This document shows, piece after piece, positions 1-15,211 of a stretch of 64,000 nucleotides of DNA. The DNA lies in the NCBI GenBank assembly GCA_046563655.1, contig CM102286.1, forward strand, positions 13,330,001 through 13,394,000. The letters are read 5' to 3'. The number at the start of each line of letters is the position of its first letter. Position 1 is the stretch's first letter. The position numbers and the translations under genes were made by a program. The notes beneath the pieces are model-generated. The model saw only the letters and a list, made by a program, of their open reading frames with translations, was not told the origin of the DNA and searched no databases. This stretch comes from Yuukianura sp. NJ FZ-2021 (lineage: Eukaryota).

Positions 1-3000
1 TTTTGAAAAAAAAAACTCCATTTTGTAGTAGCATCATGTATCGTCATTTTATGTTAGGTTCATTACACCATATGAAAACCACTGTGCAGACCCCTGAAAC
101 CAAAAAACGAAAAAAAAAAGTTAAAAAAAAGCTTTTTACATCTCTATCGTCATCTTTTTCAATCACCGCCCCTCATAATGCATTTTGATTTTTTTCATCC
201 CGTCATGCTCCTTTCTAAGTAACATCAACTTCATTTCATTCCAAAACATTTTTTGTTCAAAAAATCTTTTTAAATGGATTTTTTCTCTACTCTTAAGTCC
301 TTCTCCCATATTTCGTCCATTACTTGCTTAGAATTTTAAATTTCAATTCATTCCCTCCAAGGGATCAAGGAAGCATTAAAAACAGCGTGCTATTATCAAA
401 GTTTTTTTTTCGGTTTGTTCGGTTTTTTTGAAAAGGCGGAGCTCAGGCTGAAAACGTGCGGAGGTAAAAATGGGGCCTTAAGACACAACCAAACAGAAGC
501 GACAAATCCCCCCTTAAGTGTAAGAAGGCTACACACTTAAAACATTTATTAAAGAAACGAGGCGGTTTTTTTAAAAACCGAGATGGAAATGTGTCTTTTT
601 GGGAAGTTTTTAAAAAATGGGTGCACAAGAGGTGAAGCGGGTGTTAGAAAACACGATTTTTTACCAAAAAAGAGGCGTCTGGGTGTAATGTACAAAAGTG
701 TAAATAACACAACATTTTAAAATGGAAGAAAAGGAGGAAGCTGCTTGTTCCAATTTTTCAGCTTCACTTATACCGCAAACGAAAAAAATATGACAGACAA
801 CATCTTCTTTTTGAGTAAGAAAAAAGTTAAAAGCTTTTTCGGTTTTTAAGCTTTTTTTTAAGGAAAAGATTCCGTTTACTTAAGAGAAATGTTGATTCAT
901 AGAAAATATTTTTCAGGAAAGGACGAAGTTTTACGCAGAAAAAGTGAAATTTTGATGTGGATTTGAATTCTATGAACAAAAATATTGAAATCCTTATTTT
1001 TAAAAATGAAAGTTTTAAAATTTCTGTTTTTGGAAACAGAAAGTTTTTGTTAAAAGTAAAACTGAAATCGGATGAATGATGCACGTTTTGAAGAACAAGA
1101 AAGACTGAAACCTTTACTGTTAGGCCAAATGTTCCAACGCGTCAGACATTGTTTTCAAAAAGTCGAGACAGTGGAGTTGTAAATTTTTAGAAAACTGGAA
1201 TTTTTTGAACAAATAATATTTCATTCCGACTTCTTACTCCCTTTGATCCTGCAATTCTCTGTATTTTTGGTGTTTCCAGCCAGACTTTCCCTTTTGAAGA
1301 AAAAGTGTGAGACGTTTGAAGGCGTCAAGGGCCCTTCCCTTAAGGCTCCCTGTGCCTTCTGACTCAAATCCCACAGCGCCGGGTCAACCTGGCACCGGAC
1401 AAATGTCAAACAACTGCGTGTGACCCAAGTGCTGACATTAAGCATAACCCTGACTTAAATTCTTACCCTAACATACCCTTAAGCCCCCAAAAAACAAAAA
1501 CTTTCTCTTCAAAATTTTGAAATTCTAACTTAAGTTAGTCTTTGCCAAAAAATGCTATTTTTATTTTGGTTTCATTAGTTCTGAAAATTTTGAACAGGGA
1601 ACAATAGGTGATTGAAAGTGCTTAGCTTATGGTCGAACAAAGGGGTTTCTCCACTTAATCAAATGATTTGGAATCTTTTCAAAATTTTATTCATCGCAAC
1701 CATTTGAATCAATTTTTAATTTTGAAAAGAGCAGGATAAGCCACCGCTGGTCGCGGGAAGTGTTGGGTCGTTGTGTCAAGTCAATTTGAACAATTAATTG
1801 AATCCACCCTCGATTGATCAAATTCAAAACCATTTCGAAAAAAAAGTGTGTGAGAAAAAGTAGTTTTATTCAGTAACGCCAACGCTCAATTCTAAAATGC
1901 AGAGTCATTCGACATGGTTCACAAAACGTGTGCCAAACCGGAAATTCAGAACTTCTGCTCAAAAAAATTTCATCTCACAAAATTTAATTTTTGTGTTTTA
2001 GAATTTCGAATCATACTTACATTCTACAAAACTACATATCAGTACATTGAAGTAAAACTAAACTTAAAACAAACTGTTGTACGGAGTCAAAATGTTTCAA
2101 AAAATGTACAAATTCAAAAAATGTTTTCAAAAACTGGCATCCATTTGTAACTTGAGGAAATAAAACAAATTGGAGAATCCTGCACTAACAAAAGCTACAA
2201 ACGTCATTATTCATTTGGAACAGTTTTTGGGTTTTGGGACACAAAAGGCTTCGGAACGTATTGAGTTTCCGCCATTTCCTGCCTTGTGCTTATTCTTCCT
2301 TTTGAATCACAGTGTACAAAACTGACTCTGGAAATTTATGATTGTTTTGTTGCTACTGAAATTAATTGTGCCGTGGGAGGGGACTGTATTAAGACACTTC
2401 CATTGTCACTGTGTCCCTCTGTCTCTCCAGTGACAAGGCAGTGGCACAATGGACAGTGACGCGTGACCTGAGTCCATTGGGTCACGTGCCCTCCTTGAGG
2501 TTACACACTTTTGGATCAAGTTGATTGAAGAGTTTTTGCTGTGTTACTAACTGTAACGACCACAGAGAAAGTCGTTGTGTCGGCAGTGAAACGGAACGCT
2601 GCGCTGCCACACACACGAGCACTACGATGACAGCGCTATTTTCAAAAACAAAAATCTATTTTCTGTGTTTCCATCAACAATGGAACAGAAAATAATATTT
2701 TCCAAACAACTTTGGAACAAAATGGAGAAAAAATGTCAATTGTTACGGAATTGAATTACGACTAACCTAACCTAACATCGAAATCGATTTCATAAAATAT
2801 GAGCAACAAAAAATTCAAACACGAAAAAAAAAACGAAACCGACAATTTTTTGTTTTCAAAGTTCGTTTTTCAGAGGTCAAAATTTTCGGTGTGAAGTTTG
2901 CGATGAAAAAAAAAGAAGCTTGCGGTCTAAGTCTGTAATTCCTGTATGTTGTGCCGTGCCAAAATAATGCCATTTATTTGATGTTGTATAAAATGTTTCC

Positions 3001-6000
3001 AAAATGGTAGAAAAAAGTAGAAACAGTGACATGCGACGCGCCAAATTTTAAACCAGGAGCAGATAGTCTGAAAAATTTGAAAATGACGCCTGGACATGAC
3101 ATAAGTTTGGAATTCGGACAAAAACGTCGGTCATTGGACAAAACCTGTTCGAAATGGGTGTGTAAATTTTGAAAATGGAGTTGCCAGTTGGACACTGCTT
3201 TTAAAAAATTAGTAGACACGTAACATTGTGTGGTTCGTAAGTTAAGACATGGAAGTTAATGGAAGTTTAGTAGCCAGAGGTGGTAGTGGTTGTCCAACCT
3301 TATAATTAGGCATGTCCGACACTAATGGATTTCCCTTGGAGCAGAATAAATGCTACACTCTCCTGCCCATTGAATTATCTATGCATTTCCCTTTTGAACT
3401 CCCAACATTCCTTTTTTTGGAATTGGTCTAACTTTTTAAATCAACCTTGTTCAAACGCATGTCCAACATCAAAACCAAAACTTTTAAAATAATTAGAACC
3501 TTTCATCTAAGGATTTTCTAAATAATTTACTAAATTAATCCCCTAAAAGATCCAACAACAAGATTCAACTTCAGTAAAAAAAAAATAGTAAGACGCCTCT
3601 AGAGCAAAGAACTTTCAAATTATTTTGGATAAGCTCAAATTGAACAAAAAATAAAGCTCTACAATTTTGAAAATTTAGGCTTAGGCTTTCAAATTTTGAA
3701 AAATAAATAGCGTTAGGTGAGGTATGTACAAAAAGATTTTGGTGAGATTGAATCTGATAAAAAGTGAGAGAAGAAAATCTGAAATTTGAAAACTGTCAAA
3801 ATTGGTCAAAATTTTGCTGAATCATTTTAAAAGATGCACTCAAATCCTGATCGTAATAAGTATCTCACACGTCTTTTTTGTGAAAGTAGATCTTTCAAAA
3901 ATTTTGAAGTGAGAAATTTGTTGACCTCAAAAAGGTCACGACTTTTTTGCGTCACTTTGACACGGATTCCAACGGCTGATAGGTTCACGAAGGCACCGAA
4001 GAAGTCGATCTTACCAGAGATACGGCGCCTTAAGGAAAAAAGGTTTTCGAAATCTTATACTTTTTCAAAAACTTTTTTTTGAGAATTTTTCAAAGTTGGG
4101 ATCTTGACTTGTCGGAACTTCGGAATTTCTAGGATTCAGAAAACAAAGTGTGAAAGGTTAAGAAGCCCTTTGGACTAATTGAGAATTAAGTTGTTCCTGT
4201 CACTTTTGTGTTGCAGCAGGAGGTATTTGACCTCCAGGGAATGTTCACATGTGACGTGACCTCTTCCCAGCGCCACTTTTCCCGCTCTTTTTTGAAATTT
4301 TTTGTTTCCAAGGGCAGAACAAACATTCTGTGTGACAATTCCGGGGAGAGCGTAGAGGCTTTTAAGTCTAAATTCGGATGAAATTCAATCTGCTCTGCCA
4401 TTCGCCCTCTCCCCCTTTGTTTCCCCTAAAACTTTTCAGTTTTATTTATTAACTTGAAGTTCTGGCACATGGTAGACATAGGGAAGAAGAGAAGTTCAGA
4501 AAGTTCTAGGATTCGTCACCCCCTCTTCTTTTCTCTTCTGTTTCGTGTGAATAAATGTTGGGATTGTTCTAAATCTAAAAAATTGGGAATTTAAAAATCT
4601 GAGCCGTTGAGGAATTAATGGAGAGGGTGGAGGAGAAAGTGCGGCAGGGAAAAGGAAAGCGGAACTGGAGAGGCTGACGAGTGGTCACGTCATGGTGATT
4701 TTCCCACGGAAGGGGAAGATACTTGACAAACAAGGATCTTCCAGCACAATCCCAGAATATGTCTAATACGTCTGATCCAGGAAGATCCACTGGAACTGGT
4801 GCATCCTCCAGCAAACTCAAAAAACCCGGGATTTTTTTTTCTTTTCAAAAAACCGTCATCTCCCACGTTTTTTCTTTCTGTCCAAAAAAGACTTCAGCCG
4901 AATTCTACCTCAACAGGGAACAGGGCTCGCCTTTTTCCTACTGCAGACACTTTAGAACGAAGATTTTTGAATTTTTAGATTTGGATTTCAAAAATTGCCG
5001 CACTTTTTCTTGGACTATGGTGCTGTATGGCTTTGGTCAAGGAAAACTTTGAGGTCAGAGACTGAAGGGAGAAAGCAATTTGCGTGTGTCGCGTGTCAGA
5101 AAGTCATGATCCAGTGAAAGGCAGATGGTTGGGTGATCGGAAGCGAAGATTCTGCTTAAATACAAACATGCAATAGTTACTCCCTCTAATACTCCGTGCT
5201 CATCCAAAATCGACATGGAATTACAATGTAGACTCTCCTGGACATAACAATCATAATGTTACGCTTCAATTCAAAACCATTTACTGCTCTTTTAGCTTCA
5301 ATAGTTACTCCCTCCATTTCTACCAAAAAGCTCGAAAAAGAAAAAAACATAACTAAATGTAAAAAACACCAAAAGCTCCTTTTCAGAAGTAAAGCTTTCG
5401 TGTATTGTAAAATCGTACAAATTTACAAATTTGTGGAATCATAAAATTGAAAAGAACAAAAATGTATAAATTTGACAATGTCGCAAATTTGCAAAAGTTA
5501 CAAAGAGCAAAACACATTGAAGCAAGAATCATGTCGCCATAAAAAAGTACAATGTTGGTGGATTTGCCAACTTTCGCAGTTTCACAAGTCATAAATCATG
5601 TACAAGGTTGACAAGTTGTAAGATTGTAAGAACCAGCTTATAGGTGCAGTTATTTTGCATTTTTGTATGGCAACTTTATTTCTTGAAGATGTTGATTGAC
5701 AACAATTGAAAGTGGATAATTGGACATGACAAATGTCCTGAATCTGAGATCCAGATTAGTGTCGTTTTTGGAAACTTGTCAACTGCATCCCTCAAAGTGT
5801 GCTTCATGTTCAATTCATTTTCTTCTGCTTTTGAGCTACTTGTAACTACTATGTATGTCAAAAGAATCTTGGTTGGTGGTTGTCCTCCATTTCAAAATGT
5901 AGTGCAATTATACACTTCAAAAAAGAGGAAACACTTGAAACATTTTTTGAAGATGTTCAAACCACACATGCATTTCGAGTGTCAATTGCGCATGCGCAGA

Positions 6001-9000
6001 AGGCTTAATTTCCACTACAACGTCAACCCTCTCAAAGCTTGTGTCCTTTTCAAGACCACACTTTTTCAATTGACACTTACCGCGACCTAAATTTTTGAAA
6101 CATTTCAAAAAAATGGTGCATTTTAGTTCTGCAAATTTCCAAATTTAGTCATGTTAACAATTTTTTTGCAAAAATTTTCTAAAATTCTATCTAAATTTTT
6201 CTGACAGTGATGTATGATGTTGTAATTTAAAAGCGTTCTGAAAAATCAATAACATTAAATCTATTAAATGAAAACCAACTTTAGCTTCGACGTTATTTTG
6301 CTCGATATTTTGTTTTTTGACAAATTTTGACAATGGAAAGAAATGAAATTTGAGAAATTGACTTTCTGAGTAAGCTTTTCAGGTAATGAACCTAACTTTT
6401 TGAATTTTTGACAAAAAGAGCATCATCCCTTGTGTTAGTGATGGAAGTAGGGATGACAGTAAACGGCAAATAGAGACTTTTCATGTCAAACCACCTTGTT
6501 GACACAGTGTCACCAACAATGTCAACGTCTCTCTCCAGGATTTGCCTTTCGTCCCTTCAAGTCTCCTTGTTTTTGTTCTCTTTTGGTCCATTTTCCAAAC
6601 AGCTTTTGACTCATTGTCAATAATGTCTTGTAAAAGTTTTTTTTTTCAGAATTGAATAATTTCTGGGAACTTGTACATAGAGATGACTTGAAAACCAGAT
6701 TCACTTTCAGAAGTGGTTGCGAGTTCAAACCCAGGCAGAGGCAAAATCCTTCTACAGGATGAAGCGATCACTTGAACCGATCCCTGTTTTTGTCCCTGGG
6801 AACAAGGAAGCTTTTGAAGTTGTTTGTCCTCCATCATGAAACGCTGCTACTTCACATACGTCATCCCCATACACTTGCCAGATATGTATTTTTTGGACCA
6901 ATGTTTGGATTTCCTGTAAAGTAAAAGAGGTCATGCTGTGAGGTCAAAGGTCAAAATTCTGAAAAATTTCTAAATTTTGTTTCACATGGACTGGGGTTGG
7001 AAATTTTCGACTTTCTCTGTGCAGAGTTGAACTAATTATCAATCCCATTTCGACACTTCCGGTGGCAACTTTCGACTGAAGTGTAAGCGGAACTAGTTTC
7101 ATTTGGAAAGCAGCATGGAGCTTTTGTTACTCCGATACAAATTTTTGGAAAAACGAAAATTTCGAAAGCCAGCTCAGCAGAGAACAATAGGTTAGGTTTT
7201 TGGCCCATGGTTAGAGTTAGGATGTTGGGAACTTTAGTGGACAATGGTCAAGCGGAAAAGCTAAACCTTTTTCTTACTGAAGCTTCCTTTGGCTTTGGAA
7301 ACTCTTGTGATTGTCACGGGAAATGAATTCGGGACAGAGAAAATACCCGGGTATTTTCAAACACAGAAATGCCCGGAAGTTGAGTCACGGAAATCAAAAG
7401 GTTTTGAAAAGAGTAAAGCTTTCTCTTTCTCCTTAACCCTCATTAATCAACATCACAAACAATGGAACCATGATTTATCCTCTCCCGCCAAAATACATGC
7501 TAAACATTTACTTAAAAACAATGCATTTTCAATTCAAGTTCGTAAAAATTTTGAGAAAAAAAAATGAGTCTTCGTTTTTAGCATTCTCACCTTGTGGTGA
7601 AAGTGAGTAAGAAATTGAGTAACGCCGTGTTTAGGAAAAAATACGTCTGTGTCTGCTCTTTTAATTCGTGTTAGTTTTTACGTTAGCTAAAGTTAGGTAA
7701 ATTTCAAAGCTTAACGTTAGGTTTAAAAAGTTCAGATTAAGTTAACGTTAGGTTTTTTGAAATCTCGGACAGCCTCTGCTTCTCTTGTCATCCCCACAAC
7801 ACAGTATCAGAGTAAAAGCGAAAAACGGAAAAGATTTGCGTAATCTGGATGATCAATTGTTTTTCCATTAAGGACGAGCTAATGGATCCATTAGCAGCGC
7901 CCATATCTGTCCGTGTTGAAAGGATTAATTGTGAGACAAACTGGACTAAAAAAATACTAAAGTATTTATGATGGGCAGCGTCCGGCCACAACTTTTTAGT
8001 CGCTGACCTCAATGACCTCGGGAGCTTTCAATCCGAAAAGCTTTGAACCCATTAATTCAACTAAACCCGCCTCAAAATTCAAATCCCTCAAATGTGAAAG
8101 CTTTGACCACCCCTCTGCATTTCAAAAAAAAATCAGTGGGAATTTTGTTTTTTAAAGATAAAAACTCATTTCAAATGGGTACTTAATTTTTTGTAAATTT
8201 TGAAGTGTGATTTTCGCCACTTTTTGATAAGGGTTTAAAACTAAATGGGTGTTTTGGAAGTTAAATTTCCGCTTTGAATCAAGATAAACTGCTTTTTTCA
8301 AATTTTTGACATTAAGGTACTTTATGCCGCTTTTTTGCAAATGGTAAAAACAACGACTTCGGCAAAAATCCGGACCTATTTGCTTTTTTTTTAATTACTT
8401 GTCTCAGTTAAACAATTAATGACAATAAATTGCAAATTAATCACCACTTAAATCAAGAGACAAAGTGAAGTGTGAAAGTTTTACAAAGAAAATGTACCTG
8501 AATGTTATTTTTCTTTAAATTTTCTTTATAAAAATTTTGAAATTTTGCAGAGTTCTGCTCCGTAAGAAAAAAGTAGAATAAAATTTTAAACTTTTCATTT
8601 GTTTATTTCCAGGTTACTCCTTTCGCGTTGTTTCTTTTAAATGTTTTGACATAGACAGTTTATCAATTTGAAAAATCGTTTCAAATGAAAATTTTGAAAC
8701 AATTTTTTTTTGAATGTTGCGGTACGTTTTAAGCAGGGGATGAATGAAATATAACAGAAATGGCGTCACCCAAGCAGTTTTTGGTTACTTAAGTGCGCGC
8801 CCTTTGGAAGTTTCACTGCCGCCTGGTTTATCACCCCAACTTCTCAAAAGTGCATTTCTTCCTTTCACCCCGAGATGAATTACTTTTTTACAAAACTTTT
8901 TTTGTTCAATTTCTAAATTGTGAAGAAGGGCCCTTGTGATTGGTTGCCTGTGGGTGACAAGGGAGCCCTTAAAGTGTCCAGCCTAAGTGTCAAAGCATTA

Positions 9001-12000
9001 GGCATCACTACAACCACCAAAGTGTAAGATGAGTCAGATGATGATTCTGGAGCTCTTAAAGGACAAATCAGAGCTACGAGCTTTTAAATCTCCCGGCCTT
9101 AAGGGCCCTTCTACTCTTAACTTCAAAATACCTTTGAAATTCCAAGATATGGATATTTCTGCTTTAGATTTTGAAAAAGTAGATTTTGGAAAAAGTGTTT
9201 CTGTTCGGAGCACTTATTGGTATCAGTAGCTTTCTAGAAGGAAGTTTTACCACACAGGGAAGTGTACCCTTGGTTTCCTTCAGTCGCCAGAAGAAACAAG
9301 GAGACCAATGGCAGAGAGTCATATTTTACGGCATAACATTTTGTGATCTTTTGCCTCCTTTTGAAAGATAGACTAAAAGTATAAGAGTCAGAGGAGAGAT
9401 TTGCTTAAAAGGAAAAAGTCATTCTTATAAATCTGTTATGTTTTGAGTAATTTACAACCGTAGGCACAAACTTTTCCCATTGGAGAGATAGTCTCTGACA
9501 CTTTTAAAATTCACTTTTCAAACAAATTTGAAACTCCTCTCGGCCAAAAATTTCTCCAATAAACTTCCAAATCCAACACCAAATCACCAAATTTTGAAAA
9601 CCCAAAAAGTTAAACTTTGGCGTTTAGAGAAAAAATGCAGAAACCTTCAAAAAAAATGAAAAGCCAAACAGCAAAACTTTGTCAATAAAAAACAAAATTG
9701 CCAAAATTTAGTAAATTCTGTAAAACTTTCTATAAACTTATTCTAAAAAAAAAGTATTTCTTGTGCAAATTTTTGTTCAAAGTGAAAATCAATTTTGAAA
9801 GTCAGACGCAACAGAGGTACAATTCTTTTTGAAAGGAAAGCCTTTGAAATGTTAAAGAAAAGTCATCAAAGGGTGCCAAGGCATAAAAACCTTTCGACTT
9901 CAAAAAACGAAAAGAAAAATTCTGGACAGTTTTCTATAGGTTTTTTGACTTTTGAGAGACGGGCGAAAGGCGGGAAAAAAGGAAACGAAAAAACGTCAGT
10001 GTAAAAATGCTATGACGAAAACCCGTACGGTGTTGCACAGTTTTTCGTTATATTTTTTGTCAGTCGTCAACATGAAAGTAGAAGGGGGAGAAAGCACCTT
10101 TGGGAAAGCACGAAGGAAAGTTTTTTTGTTAATTCTCTTGTCCTTTTTGCCCTCTGCTTTTGGTTCAAAAAGGAGAGAAAAAAGAAGAAGCAGAGGGAAA
10201 AAAGTTTTTGGATGACTCCAAATCATGCCTGGAAATGGGGAAAGAGGAGCATTAGTGCTAAAAGCTTAGAGCTATTCCGGTCGACGCGTTGCATCAATCG
10301 ATTACTCATGCTGAGACATGATGCAAGAATAACTTGGGTAACTTCACCATAAGAACCCTCTGCTACTTCATCGTTGGAAAGAACAAAAATCTGGTCCTAA
10401 AAGTCTTTGGTTTAGTCTAGCTCCAAAGTCATAACTGTCGAAAAAACCAAAAAATTACGAAACTTTACATCTCACGGTTTTTCAATCTCTTTTTCGCTCA
10501 AAACCAATCGCTTCTCATAATTTTAAAAACGCCAACCTCATACAACTTATTCCATATTTAAAACTCCAACAACAAAAAGTTTAACTTTTCTAAAACTCAA
10601 AACATTGAAAAAACGTCCAAAACTAAATTTTGGAAAATGAAAATCAAGATATCAAAGGAAAGCTATTCAACAGGAAATGAAATTTGAATAATCAAGTTTT
10701 TTTTTGTTGACGTTGAGCTTCCGGTTGACAGGTTGCTTTCATTTTTCTTTGACTTTTCACATACGCAAGTGCAGGTGAATTTTTAAAAAACAAAATATGA
10801 AATTCGAAAAATGCAAAGTCACCCGCCCCACAAACCCTCCGAAGTTTCAGAACATGCAAACAAACTAGGTTGAAGTGCCCATTGTCCTTCCTGTTGGTGA
10901 CACGTTAGTCAGTTGACCTTTGACCTTTCCAAATGCTCGTTACCTAGCAACATCCAAATGCACAACTGAAGTCTCACGCAACTGAACATTTATGAAACGA
11001 AGTAACATGACATTGTACGTCTTCATTTAAGTTGAAATTCAGAAATTATGCTTAAAAGTGTGCAAGTCAACAGCACAGGAACATTTTGGCTCATAATGTC
11101 CCTTGCGTGTGAACATCTCCTGATCATCCTAAACTTTCTCCATTGTTGTTCAGGACACTTCCAGAACAGGACGAAAGAGGGGAATAACAATGATCGAACC
11201 TCATCACTTTTCCATACCACCAACCTCAATGCGTAACATTACAAGTATAACATAGCCTTAGCCTTAGTATTCAACTGTTTTGTGTTCCAAAATCATCACT
11301 GGAAAGGAGCGAGAGACAGTTTCTGGAAAGTTCAGATTTACATTTTGGTTTTGGATTCTCGCGCCCTTGGTGGAAGAGGGCTGGAAGGCAGTGCATTAGT
11401 GAAATTAAACTCCTTTCCCCACTTTCTACGAAGCGAAGGGAAGGAAATACACACACGGGAGTGCCAAAAGCTTCCTCCAAGCTCCCTCCCGCTTTTTTTC
11501 TGGAGCCATTTCCAACAGAAATCATTCTCAAGAGGTTAGGGTGTAGTGAGGGGTTTGGTTGCATAGCCTAACATAACGCTAACAAAAAAAATACCGGGAA
11601 CTTTCAAAATTCCGATGCTATGTCGTAACGCCCGCTCCATTACAACACTCGGTTTCCACCCATTTCCAAAATTTTCAAAATTGAAAGTCAGTTTCACCAA
11701 AACAAGATTTGATTCTGGTGAAAGTTTTGCAGATGCAAATTTCTCCAGTTTCAAATCTGGTGCCATCACTTTTCATTACTGTTGGGCAGGATTTGTGGAG
11801 CGTTTTGGTCATGTGATGTCCAAAGTTACTCAAAAAAAAGTTGACTGAGAATGTGAAAGTCAGCGTTTTGAAATTATGAATTGAAAATGAAAGGGCTGTG
11901 TATCATAATCATTGAAAATGGGAAGAAGCAAAATCGATATGAACATAAAAGTGGAACCAAGGAATTGCAACGACTGCAATCTGTAACCCTACCGGACGAG

Positions 12001-15000
12001 CACTCAACCAAATTGATGTTACAGTAATATAGAGTTCAGTTCTGTTCAAAAATTGTACAACTGAAAAAACTCCTGTCAAAAGCTACTCATCCGAAAAATG
12101 ATTCACAGATTCTCAGTTTTCAGATTTTTTTTTTGTAGATTTTTTTCCTCTTTGGCGTCGCAGTCTGTCAGAGAGCTTTCAGATAAAATCTCTACGTTTC
12201 ATCCAATTCTAATTACTGTAAAAACTAAATTGATCTTCGAAGGTGTGAAAGTTAACACCTTCAAAGATCATCAAAGTTGTCGAAATGTACAGATGTCCTA
12301 TGCATTATCAGATTTAAACAAATGTTCATCTTCGCTTTTAATCCGTCTTTGCTAACCATATTAAGCTTTTTCATCTGCCTTGGTTTTTTAAAAAGTCAAA
12401 ATTAGAACACAACTTTTCTTTTCAAATTCGTAAATTTTGATTTTTTTGTTTTGTTTTTTAACTGGCTTTTAAAGACGCTGTGATGAGGAAATTGTGCGTT
12501 CTTGACTTGTCGGTTGTGAATAGGAGCAGTAACCATGGTGGTGCTATAAAAATGTGTAAAAATGTAATATAATAATATAAAATATATTGTAAAGTGTGTC
12601 ATTGTTGGCGTTAACGACCTCAATTACAGTGCAGCCTCATCTCGGTTGGATGATAAAAGAAGATCATAAGGGAGTGAAGGAAGCGGAGCTTCCTGCTTCA
12701 TATCTTCTTCCCAAAAGTCCATTAGTAACCTAGCAACGCTCCCGTTGTCACCTTCGTCAATTCCGTTTCCTATGTGTTACTCAATTTGGTAATGTGATAC
12801 TTTCAACAAAAGCAAAGTAGCTGACAAAAACGCTGCAAAAGCTTACCCAAACCATAACCTAACTAGTAAAGTAAGTAACGGTTAACGTAGAAACAAACAA
12901 ATTCTAAGTTAGTTTGTTAAGCTTTTGATTTTTTCAGGAAGAAAGTAGGCTGAAAGTGAAAGTTCACCGCTATAAAAAAAAAAGTGGTGCCATATTTTTT
13001 TTCCTTTTGTGGAAATTGAATTGACTTCAAAGTGTGAAGAGCAAAGAATAATTTTTTGAAAGTACAATGGAAATGATTTGATTTTAATATGAGGAACCGA
13101 AGCGCGTTTTTTGAAAAGTGGATCTAATGGAGGTGGATCTTTCCCTTTCATTTCACTTTTCCTTCCAGAAAATTAAAATGATCAACTTTATATTCAGTAG
13201 TTTCAAAAAACTGAAAAAAGTGAAAAGTGTCAGTCAATGACACGGAATCAAATGAATATAAATGAATTTCTTGTGATGAGGGAACAATAGGTTTGCAGAA
13301 GGGAACCTCGGGGGCTATTTTTTGATGGAGGGAGATTTTGTATTGTTGTAAAAACGACAACAGTATGATGGGAGTAAGTACTAAATTAAATAATTTGATT
13401 TTCAAAAAGTCCCGCTCGCCAGTTCCCTTATGATAAAACAGATGCGCTTTTCAACTTCAGCCGTGGCATGTCAAAATTTTGAGAAATTTTTGTCAGAAAT
13501 TCTACTGGGAACTCTTGACTAACGTCTGTCGATCAGTTTCTGCACAAACATGCGTTATAAAGCTGTGATTTTAAAAACTTTAAAAATTCAAACTCATAAA
13601 ATTTCGAAAATTTGTGAGACTATGAGTTGACTGACTTTTTTAATGTTTTGAATTCTTATTCTTTTTCATAAAAATTTTCTTGCATAGATGAAAATCTTGT
13701 AAATTTTGATTTATCCAAGCCTTAACTTGGATCATTCTTTGTACTATGATCTATGGATTTCAATTTGTCCAAAAAGAGCTCAAAATTTTGAAATCTTGAA
13801 ATCCTTGTATAACTTTCCCTCTTCAAAGAAAGTTTTATGTAAACTCAGAAACTTGTTTCGATTTCTCAAAACAGAATGTTAAATGGCATTTAGTCCATAC
13901 AGCTTCGTCTCGATTTCCAATTTGTTTCTTTCCACTTGAACCAACTTGAGAAAACTTTGCATTTGGATCACGAAACCATTTGTACAAGATTGTCCAAAAA
14001 TCCTAACTTCTAAAACCCAAATTTAGCCCTAAATCCATACCCTTTTAAAATTCGCCTTTGAAGTTTTTGGTACATACTGTACAAAACTTTTTCAAGCTCC
14101 ACTGACTGTGTGTTTCTCTCAAAATTGGACTTTGTGGCAGAAAAGCAAACATAATTTCAAGCTCCAGTTACACACATTATCCAACCAAAAAAGAAAATTT
14201 TCAAAAACTGACAAAACTCTACTTGTTTCTTCAAAAAAAAATTGTACAGCGCCCTCTTTCCAAATTTTTTTATTAATTAACAGTTGTGTTTGTTCAGAAC
14301 AAAGTTGTTTAGAACAAAATCCTTGGTTGTCTCAAACCAAGAGAAGCGGAAAATAAAGAGAAGATGATTTTGGAGATGAGATTGCTGTCTCCACAAATGA
14401 AGAAAGTCGGTTCACTGATTTTGTCTGTTACTTTTTCCGCCGTTTTCAAGAGCGCAGCGATAGTACACTTTTTCTGAACAGTTTTCCTAGCGCCAAGTTC
14501 AAATAAAAAAATGAACTCACTACAGTGCTACTCCCTCCTGGAAGCTCATCGTCCTTGGAGTGTTTGTTGTTTGAACTGAGCTAATTGGAATCTGAATTGG
14601 AGTTTGTTCTAGTCAGAACGTGAACCCTTCAATTTCCAGTCTACCGAAAATCGGAGAGTAAAAAGCGAAAGTGGTGCCCTTCAGCCAGGAGTAGCATTGG
14701 GTATGGAGTCCTTCCAGGAAGAAAGTCAGTGAAAGTGAAACCCCAAGGTACACAGAGCGCAGGAGGAAGATGAGCAAAGAGAAACTTGCAAACATAATTA
14801 AAATGGTCATAAATAGGAGGACAGGAAACCAGAGGGAAGGAGAGGGAACTTCAAATTCAAACTGAATAAACGATTAGATGGAGATACTTCTGGATTCTCT
14901 GCGTCAACATTTCCCTTACTTGACTTTCACTTTTCTCTCTTCCTAGGCAGACAATACGCATTACAGCAATATTGAGCTTTGTTTATTTTAAATTCAAATT

Positions 15001-15211
15001 TAATTCGACTAAATTTTAATTAAAAATCCAAATTTCCAAACAGTTTTGCCGTGAGAAAGTTTCAAATTCTAAAAATTTGTTAAAATATTTGACATTACCC
15101 TATTTCACGGCTTATACTCGCGGGTTATCTGATGTTTTTCGAACCCAACGCGAAATGCAAAAAAAAATTTCTGACTTTTGTTAATTTCTTCATTCGGCTT
15201 TTACCAAAAAG

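Noticed and set aside
6752..6930. Strong minus-strand acceptor (CTCTTTTACTTTACAG) at ~6914 followed by a short open frame
   Set aside because: No recognisable protein or partner exon; it could be a non-coding exon but cannot be supported without RNA data.
10404..10430. TCTTTGGTTTAGTCTAGCT, resembling the miR-9 5' sequence
   Set aside because: It has insertions relative to miR-9, a divergent 3' end and no pre-miRNA star arm.
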